A stretch of 63,985 bases of DNA, filler included, from Stramenopiles sp. TOSAG23-2 (Eukaryota), in assembly GCA_900128395.1 (NCBI GenBank). It is 3 parts of 3 records of this genome, joined end to end, with 100 filler letters (N's around TTAATTAATTAA, not from the genome) between each part and the next. Parts side by side here need not be neighbours in the genome. Positions count along the whole stretch, not along the records: positions 45,334 to 63,985 come from LT649602.1; 2 more parts are not named here. The stretch is one strand, 5' to 3'. Below, piece after piece: positions 56,201-63,985 of the stretch. Under the pieces are notes generated by a model. That model was not told the origin of the DNA and ran no database searches. It saw nothing but the letters and a program-made list of their open reading frames with translations. The position numbers were made by a program, and so were the translations under genes. Numbering within the stretch: the stretch's first letter is position 1; every line of letters begins with the position of its first letter.

Positions 56201-57397
56201 TCAACTGCTAGTTGCATATGAGCAAGCACAAACTCGACATACAAGTGTCTTACTTGGATTCATATGCCCACATATAGTACATGTCCATGCATATTTTGCT
56301 GTCTCGTTACCTTTTGGTTTCGTGCTTCGTCGTCTACCTTTGAAATATTTTGGACGCATTGCTGGTGGCAATGCATGGGAACCTTTTCTTACTCCCCTTC
56401 TTCGGCTGCCCTTCTCTTTCATTTTTATTTTCTCAGTCAACGTCATATGCGGTTTACGTATACCTTCATTTGATTTTGATTTAGTTGGTACCTTTTGTAC
56501 TCCATCACTTGTCGTTTCTGGTACACCTTTTTCTTCTTCTTCAACTTTATCCAATCCTTGATTTAAAAATGCAAAGGATGATCGATGCAACAATTTATTA
56601 TTAAAACTTTCTGTATCAATATCCGCTGCATTTGAATTTAAATGGCCAACCAAATCTTTGAATCTCATAGGTCCTTTTTTAATATTGCTATATTTTTGTT
56701 TTGTATTTTCTTGAAATTGAATACGATTGTAAGTTGCTTGCTCCCAAAAGTCTATGCCCATGATTGCCGCTCGTAAATTAATTTGTAATGACGCGGTAGG
56801 CCATAGAAGTATAGGGTATTGTTTTACAAATCTAGTAAAACGTATGTAATCAACTTCGCCATTGTAATCATTCAACAATGTACTAATGACACCTTCTGTC
56901 GCGGGATGATCCTTATACTTTTCCTTGCCATACAATGTTTTTATAACTTTTAATATTTCTTTTTCACATAGATATCCGCTTCGATCTGTATCATATAAAA
57001 CAAACGCTAAACGTAATTTTGCATCATCTTGAATTGGTAAGAAATTCCAACAACAAAGAACAAAATTATGAAAATCAATTTCACCTTGATCACTTAAATC
57101 GAAGACATGGAACAACTTTTTCGAAAACCTTGTTTTCGTCATACCTTGTTTCTTTAAGTAATTGAAAAATTCATATTTGCATATATAACCATTATTGTCC
57201 GTATCGATCCTTTTAAAACATTCATATAACAATTCAATACTTTTCTCATTTAAAGTTAATTGTTTAAAGTTGTCCATGTGGTGTGTATGAATGACTTTGT
57301 ATACTTGATGACCTGGTGATATTTTTGCATTTAACAATCGTTTATTTGACATAAATGATTTTTTCGCAGTAACTAAACATTTAAATAATGTAATCAT
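56201..57397 (-). CDS. Calcineurin B-like EF-hand protein with C-terminal RanBP2-type zinc finger
   Basis: EF loops DTDNNGYICKYE, DLSDQGEIDFHN, YDTDRSGYLCEKE; WTCTICGHMN-x6-CRVC. Confidence 0.82.
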   Translation of the reverse strand: MITLFKCLVTAKKSFMSNKRLLNAKISPGHQVYKVIHTHHMDNFKQLTLNEKSIELLYECFKRIDTDNNGYICKYEFFNYLKKQGMTKTRFSKKLFHVFDLSDQGEIDFHNFVLCCWNFLPIQDDAKLRLAFVLYDTDRSGYLCEKEILKVIKTLYGKEKYKDHPATEGVISTLLNDYNGEVDYIRFTRFVKQYPILLWPTASLQINLRAAIMGIDFWEQATYNRIQFQENTKQKYSNIKKGPMRFKDLVGHLNSNAADIDTESFNNKLLHRSSFAFLNQGLDKVEEEEKGVPETTSDGVQKVPTKSKSNEGIRKPHMTLTEKIKMKEKGSRRRGVRKGSHALPPAMRPKYFKGRRRSTKPKGNETAKYAWTCTICGHMNPSKTLVCRVCACSYATSS

Positions 57398-57593
57398 TGT
57401 TGTCCGTGGTGTTAATTGTTGTATATTTTATTTTGCTTTCGTGGTTGGTTCTTCCTTTACTTTATGTCCATATATACGTATATCTTGTGGGTAAATAGTT
57501 ATATAAAAAAATAAAAAAGGCTGTGGTTATGTTGTTTTTTTTTGGCTAGGTACAAGCCAGACAATTTTCCAACAAGGCCAACATGGCAATAGC

Positions 57594-57652
57594 GGCTTTC
57601 CAGCTTTCCAGCTTTCCAGGCTTTCTGGCTTTCCAGCTTTCCAGGCTTTCCA
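57594..57652. repeat. Short tandem repeat of GCTTTCCA(G), about 7 units
   Basis: ggctttccagctttccagctttccaggctttctggctttccagctttccaggctttcca in a divergent intergenic region. Confidence 0.8.
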
Positions 57653-57929
57653 CTCTGTTTTGTTCGATCACACCACTGGCACACCAGCACACTATTATAT
57701 TATATAATACTGTACTTGGCACACAACACTCAATCACTCATCAATTTTAGGCACCTTATTATAGCATGGCACATACATACATGCAAAAAACCAGAGTTAG
57801 AGTGAAAAAATATTTATTTATAAATATATATGTCATAATTAAAATTATATAAATTGTATTTACAAATTAAATCATTGATTAAATGAAATAATTATAGTTG
57901 ATAATATATATATTTAAACTAATGAAACG

Positions 57930-59405
57930 ATGTTGTGTGCTAGTAAAATAATTCATCCGTCACGACGAGTAATATTGTATTCCTCCTCCTCTTCTTCTTC
58001 AAGAATAACGACAAAGCGATGGAATACAACAAATGCAAATATACCAACAACAACACGTATGTATGATATGGTAATATCTGGTGGTGGTATAGTTGGTGCA
58101 GCATTAGCGTGTCGAATTGCTGGATCTACGAATCCATTAATGAATACAAGGAGAATTGCATGTCTAGAAGCATTTAAACCAAAGTCGTTTGAAGAAGTTA
58201 CAAATACTAGTAATATTGATTTGCGTACATATGCAATAGCACCTAAATCAGCTCGTTTATTGGAAGAGATTGGCGTATGGAATCGTGTTGTTGATAGTGA
58301 TCGTTGTCAATCATTTTCAAGCATGCAAGTATGGGATGCTACTGGCTCAGCAGATGGTTTCATAAACTTCAAACACGATAATGAAAGTTTAGGTTATATA
58401 GTTGAAAATAATGTATTGCAAGCAGCATTGTATGAAAGAATGATGGAATTGCAAGATGAAAATAAACTCGATGTATTATGTCCATCTACTGTTGAAAATA
58501 TAGAAGAAGTTAATGTTGGTGGTTATGTAGTTAAAACATCAACGGAGGAAGAAGATTTATTTACAAATTTACTTGTTGCGGCTGATGGTGGCAATTCAAA
58601 AGTTAGAAATTTATTAGGATTTGGGAATTGGGGTTGGAAGTATGAACAAAATGCAATTGTTGCTACTGTTAAATTGGATATGGATGAATTATCAATGGGA
58701 GATGAAGCAGAGGAAACGATTGATTTTTTAAGTGGTCGTTTATGTAAGACATGGCAACGATTTTTACCTACAGGTCCAGTTGCAATTCTTCCATTATGGG
58801 ATGGAATGGCATCTATCGTATGGTCCAATACAATTGAGAATACAAAAATGTTAAAAGAATGTACAAAAGAAGAATTTGTGCTGAAATTAAATGAAGCGTT
58901 TCAAGAAAATAATATAGGATCAGAATTACCATCGTTTTTACCACCAAATCCATTATCATTATTACAATCTAGCAAGCCAAACTTTATCAAAGCGCCAACT
59001 ATAACTGAATTATGTAGTCCAGTCGTATCCTTTCCACTACAATTTTCACAAGCTACTACATATGCAAAAAAAGGAGTAGCATTAATCGGAGATGCAGCAC
59101 ATACAGTTCATCCAATGGCTGGACAAGGATTGAATTTAGGATTAGGAGATGTTGGTGTACTGTCGAATTTATTAGAAGAAGTTAATGATGTTGGTGGTAA
59201 TTTTGGTGATGCAAATATGTTGGAAAAATATGAAAAAGAAAGAAAAGAAGCAAATGTTATAATGGGTGCCTCGTTAGATTTGTTAAAACGAGTTTTTGAT
59301 TCGCAATCTGTACCATTCCAAGTTGCACGTACTGTTGGTATGGCAACATTAAATTCAACGCCACTTGTAAAGGAAAGGATAGCAAAATATGCAATGGGGT
59401 TGTAA
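57930..59405 (+). CDS. COQ6: Ubiquinone biosynthesis FAD monooxygenase COQ6
   Basis: Mitochondrial presequence; YDMVISGGGIVG, MQVWD, LLVAADGGNS.VR, WQRFLPTGPVA.LPL, ALIGDAAHTVHPMAGQGLNLG. Confidence 0.93.
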   Translation: MLCASKIIHPSRRVILYSSSSSSSRITTKRWNTTNANIPTTTRMYDMVISGGGIVGAALACRIAGSTNPLMNTRRIACLEAFKPKSFEEVTNTSNIDLRTYAIAPKSARLLEEIGVWNRVVDSDRCQSFSSMQVWDATGSADGFINFKHDNESLGYIVENNVLQAALYERMMELQDENKLDVLCPSTVENIEEVNVGGYVVKTSTEEEDLFTNLLVAADGGNSKVRNLLGFGNWGWKYEQNAIVATVKLDMDELSMGDEAEETIDFLSGRLCKTWQRFLPTGPVAILPLWDGMASIVWSNTIENTKMLKECTKEEFVLKLNEAFQENNIGSELPSFLPPNPLSLLQSSKPNFIKAPTITELCSPVVSFPLQFSQATTYAKKGVALIGDAAHTVHPMAGQGLNLGLGDVGVLSNLLEEVNDVGGNFGDANMLEKYEKERKEANVIMGASLDLLKRVFDSQSVPFQVARTVGMATLNSTPLVKERIAKYAMGL

Positions 59406-60045
59406 AAATTTTTTTGTGTTACATGAACAATTTATTTATATTATACGTACGAAAATATAAAAATATTGTGTTGTACATGATATATTTTAAAAAAAGATAC
59501 ATATATAGTCTAGATATCAATATATTATAAATATATGACCCATAACAGATAAGATCAGGAGGAATATAAAAAAGACCATAATATTACATAGTACCTAGTT
59601 TTACATAATTTTTAATGGTATTTATATGCTATTTCTACATAGTTTTAAGCTCTTTCCGTATGATCATGTCTCTGAGGAGCAAAAAATTTCCTATGACATA
59701 GTTTTCAAAACTAGATCGATTCACTATCTATAATTTTATGCCGGAAATCGTCATATAATCGTTTATGCCTGTAGAGTGTTTTTAAACACGAAATTGAAAA
59801 AATACGAGTTTTAAACAAATAATATAAGGTGAATTGATGTAAATTTGTTGAAGTACAACTTTTTATTTATAATATGATATGCGATTTTGTGTTTAAATTC
59901 CTTCCTCGAATTTTTATCTTTACGTGCTTATCATAAGTAGAACAAGATGAAAAACACTTTTTTTATACATGTTATCCAAGATTTACAAAAAGTTAATTGG
60001 GTATTTTCAACTCATCACACGTAACCCACATATTTTTATTTTTTT

Positions 60046-60843
60046 TTAAGAATTATAAGTTTTTACTTTTCGAAATGTATTTCCAACTACTACTTGCGAG
60101 TAATACTGACCATTGAAAAATATTAAAAGAGCAGTCAAAACTGCAAGAATTGGTTTTGTTCGGCAAGGGCTTTCCCCATCACCATACAGTCCACCTATGT
60201 AAATAAACAAAGCAGAAGCTATCAGACCTGGCGCTCGCACCCATACATTAATGCGAGAGTTCCATACTTTCTCATCTTCATAGTTGATCTTTTTTAATTT
60301 CACCAATACCAGCATTATGTAATCCAAGCCACCTGGCAACCCGCAAATAAAAAATGCAACAAAATTTTGAAGCACGCATGTTGAAATTATTATACCACCA
60401 CCCCCAATAAACCCACCAAATATAAGGTGATGAAAATAATCGTCCTTTGTCAAACGGAAACCTAATCCAGGAATCATATGGTATGTGTGTAAAGCAACAA
60501 TAATGTAAACGGGCTGAAGTGAATAATCTACTCCTGGTTGTCCTTTCTGACAAGCTTTGATGGGGTCCAACGCTGTTTCGATAACATCTTCTATACAAAA
60601 TGACGTTACTAATAGATTCGTCATGGCATGCAAACTTTTCCATCTCGCAATCTTTCCTAAAGGGAAACGACAAATTAATGTATCTAATACAAATAAAGCA
60701 TTTAAATAAAACAGTACCATCGTCAAATGTCCACCAAGAAGTAACATAGTATCCACTGCTACTGCTGCCAAGCTCATCGTGTTACTATTATTTTGTTCTG
60801 TTGGTGACCATGGTAGATTCATCGAGGTTAATAATGATGCCAT
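60046..60843 (-). CDS. TLC-domain-like membrane protein
   Basis: RW..LHA..N, HTYHM, DDYFHH, F.CGLPGGLDY.ML.LVK, EK.WN..IN.WVRAPG, NGQYY; multiple TM segments. Confidence 0.7.
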   Translation of the reverse strand: MASLLTSMNLPWSPTEQNNSNTMSLAAVAVDTMLLLGGHLTMVLFYLNALFVLDTLICRFPLGKIARWKSLHAMTNLLVTSFCIEDVIETALDPIKACQKGQPGVDYSLQPVYIIVALHTYHMIPGLGFRLTKDDYFHHLIFGGFIGGGGIIISTCVLQNFVAFFICGLPGGLDYIMLVLVKLKKINYEDEKVWNSRINVWVRAPGLIASALFIYIGGLYGDGESPCRTKPILAVLTALLIFFNGQYYSQVVVGNTFRKVKTYNS

Positions 60844-61579
60844 ATTTCAATTAAAAGTATATTAAGTAATTCGGTCTTAGTGTATAATTTTTTATTTCCA
60901 GATATTATACAAATATACCTTTGTTTGATTATGCAATTTATAAAATAGTAAGCGATTTTACATTACAATATATATATGAATATATATATTTCTTCTTATT
61001 ACATATATATAAATAGATTCTGTTTTTTGTTTTTTTCTGAGGGGCCCTGTGCCCCTGTAACTATACTTCTTCTGGACACCAGATAATTGCAATGCAATTA
61101 TTATGTGTTTAATAAAAAAAAAATTTACAAAAGGCCAGTGATCATCCGATTACTGTACCAGATTAGAGGCCGAGTGATGCCATGAAAAAATAGATGAAAA
61201 AGTGCAAAATTAAAAGCAGGCAGCAGGCCCGGCAGGCAGCAGGCTTTCCCGTTATGTTGAACTTCAATAATTAAATTGAGACCTTTTCAAATATATTGAA
61301 GAACCCCTTAAATCAATTATCAGGCATTAGCATCAGGGAGAATGCCAGAATGCCTGGAATGCCAGAATGCCTCTGAAGCTGTAGATTTATTATTGAAAAC
61401 AACAACGTGGAAACCACCATAATAATAATAATAATATTTTTTTTTCCAATTATTCTTCTTTTTTTTTTTTATACATTCTATCACAGTAGCTAGAGCATTT
61501 TGTCTACCAGTCTATATTTTGTTGTAAACTATTTTATACATATCTATATTGAAATACAATACAAAATCTGAAACGAATA

Positions 61580-63332
61580 ATGTATTTGGCCATTGACACT
61601 ATATTTTTTTATGGTTGCATCGGAGCGCTGCTGATAACCACTATACATGCGTTTACCCAATACAATTCAATGAAAAAGGATAGCGGCATTAAGTACGGAT
61701 ACGAGTTGGAAATACTAAAGAACGTTAAGAACACAACTCAGTGCAATCATTTATGTATGACTTACACAAATGGCAAAATGAAAGTAGAACATGATTGCGA
61801 AGGTTGGGACTATAACAATAAAAAAGAATGCAAATTGTTACAACTAACAGGTTATGCAAACAATGGAATACTTGGCGATTTATCTGGAAATAGTTGGAAA
61901 CGGCATTCGAATTTTCGAGGAGATTGCACGCGTAAGTTCGTTTGATAATCCTTCTCTCTCTAACATATATGATTTATTGTAACATTGTAACATTTCCCCC
62001 TAACATTTTTTTTGAACAAACAATTTATACAGCGCTCTCAGTAGATGTGAATGGAAAAGAAATTAAGGCAGTGAAAACAAACGGAGTGCAATACGAACGT
62101 GACTTGCAATGTTGCCAACAATGTTCAAATGATCCAGACTGCGACGTGTGGGTTCAAGGAACAGATTGGGCAAACACAGCCAACGACGTTACAACATGTA
62201 TTTTAAAGAAAGTAACTGTAAAGAAAAAAGGTACATACTCAAGAATCATAGGTGCTGGTGATTGGGATAGTGATTTTTTAAAGAAAAAGCCGAAACCATA
62301 TTTCGCTCAAAGGCGCCACATGATCTGTGCTGACATTGTCAATAGCACTCGATGTGGACCAAAGGCACAGGGTACTGATAACAAGGACGAGTGCCAAGCG
62401 TATGGTTGTTGTTGGGATGACAAGGCAAGGCATTGTTTTAAATCGACTTTTCGCCCCGTCGTTATCATGCATGGAATGGGCTCAAGATTAGTGGAATATA
62501 ATAAAAATATACGCTGGCTACGGGAAGCATTCCCAGGCATATATGTCAAAGATCTGAATATTTATCCCGGGCCACCATCTCGTAAGTATGCAATTATAAT
62601 TGCATTTTCCCTTTGATGTTAATTCTAACACTTCATTTTACATTTTATGCTACAGAAATGACTTTAATGGCCCCACAAATGAATCGCGTTCAATTAGCGA
62701 TAGCTGCAGATCCCATGCTGAAAGATTCGTTCAACTTTTATGGTGAAAGTCAAGGTGGTTTGATCGCCCGAGTATATGTATCAAACTTCAACAACCCTCC
62801 TGTTTACAACCTTGTATCTATTTCCGGCCCACAAAGTGGTGTAGGCTTGTGCCCTGAAATCGATATGGAGCCATTTAAAACGATTTGCGAAGCCGGTGCA
62901 CCAATTCTTGATATATACAACTGGCCACGATGCTCGTTTTGTGATTTTTGGAAAGGAAAGGACAAAAAAGAGTATCTTCATAAGAACCGTTGGTTGCAAT
63001 ATCAGAATAATTTCAACAACGTTGATCCAGAGAGAGCAAATCGGATGAAATCGCTAAACATGTACATGGCAAGCGCAGGGAGTAATGATAAAGTGGTGCA
63101 GCCGAGAGAATCGGGATGGCACACATTTTACGCATGGGATGAGGCAAGAAATGAATCTAATGTATTGCCACTCAATAAAACGGACGGTTATCTTAATGAT
63201 TGGCTTGGTTTACGTACACTTGATGAAAAAGGAAAATTAATTCTCAATATGTATGAAGGTGGGCATACAAAATATCAAAAGCAATGGTGGATGGATGAGG
63301 TGCTAAAAATGTTTAATAATTATCTTGATTGA
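61580..63332 (+). CDS. PPT1: Palmitoyl-protein thioesterase (PPT1-like) with N-terminal PAN/apple and trefoil domains; 3 exons (61580-61931, 62033-62581, 62656-63332)
   Basis: GTAAGT...CAG introns 61932-62032 and 62582-62655 with CTAAC branch points splice the three ORFs in frame; PVVIMHGMG, GESQGG, SISGPQ.GV, D.VVQPRES.W, GGH. Confidence 0.88.
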
Positions 63333-63909
63333 GAATATGTGGATGTGTCATATTTAGATTTTTGATATGCCATATAATGATATTACGAAGTACGAAACGT
63401 ATAATGATATTTGATATGATACTTATAAAATCTAAAGTTATTAAGACCCAGTTTTTCTGTGATTGGAAGATTTTTATTGAGCTAAAAGGTAGGCATGACG
63501 GGAAAAAGCCACACATTCCATATGTATCATATATTATAGTACGATATATGAGAGTTATAGCGGCATTTCGCCGCTATGTATTGGATAACAAATAGTTTAC
63601 TTTTATATATCATATCATCATAGTTACTATTTAATATAATAATTTACGCATAATTTATTTTTAATTTACTCATGATAATTCCTACTCTTTATAAAAACAG
63701 CTTTTAGTTACAGAGTATTATATGTGTATGATACTAGGATATCATAGAATCCTATATATATGTAGAGAGAACTACAAAAGGTAAATAAAAGCATCGATTA
63801 CTTTATATTTATATAATATTTAAAAAAAAATTCTCTTATTTATAAGTTGTATATGAGTAAGAGAACATTTTATATATAGATAGCTCGTATTGGACTCCAT
63901 CATGAACAT

Positions 63910-63985
63910 TTACCTTGATGATCGATATCTGGATATTTCCACGTTTGCTTCCCCACGTGATTGCATATCTGATGATCCAATTGAG
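63910..63985 (-). CDS. Possible 3' end or exon of a gene entering from beyond the window
   Basis: SIGSSDMQSRGEANVEISRYRSSR* with coding-like GC content. Confidence 0.3.
   Translation of the reverse strand, partial: SIGSSDMQSRGEANVEISRYRSSR

Noticed and set aside
57594..57652. GCTTTCCA repeats and the 100-bp repeats considered as a CRISPR array
   Set aside because: No unique spacers, no cas genes, eukaryotic context.
1..63985. Alternative genetic code or tRNA/rRNA genes
   Set aside because: Long conserved genes translate cleanly with the standard code and end in TAA, TAG or TGA; no tRNA or rRNA signature was seen by eye.

Overview
AT-rich, gene-dense nuclear DNA of a microbial eukaryote (stramenopile-like protist is my inference). 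Genes are mostly intronless, with a few GT-AG introns carrying CTAAC/CTAAT branch points. The window is three contigs (1-22590, 22691-45233, 45334-63985) joined by artificial N/TTAATTAATTAA/N linkers, so adjacency across the linkers means nothing. Recognisable genes: DNA ligase IV, PRP6, LRR (FBXL-like) protein, opine dehydrogenase, GH2 endo-beta-mannosidase, ArfGAP, FHA protein, C2HC zinc finger, Methyltransf_24 protein, ankyrin protein, dihydroxy-acid dehydratase, thiolase-like protein, esterase, DUF4203 protein, NAA30, PqaA/AprA-like protein, EF-hand/RanBP2-ZnF protein, COQ6, TLC protein and a PAN/trefoil-fused palmitoyl-protein thioesterase. Beyond the ORF track I found: (1) a foldback/MULE-like MITE with ~270-bp TIRs and a flanking direct repeat; (2) orphan fragments of conserved genes joined to unrelated sequence (copia RNase H end, RRM plus TAF12, a single calmodulin EF-hand, an internally deleted gamma-glutamyl hydrolase C-terminus); (3) a head-to-head pair of bacterial-type enzymes that both end in PTS1; (4) recurrent 3' TACGA..TCGTA palindromes and 5' TACTGTAC motifs. 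Many 60-270 bp tandem duplications, mostly in the middle contig, are probably assembly artefacts. All family assignments come from motif recognition by eye; no database searches were run.
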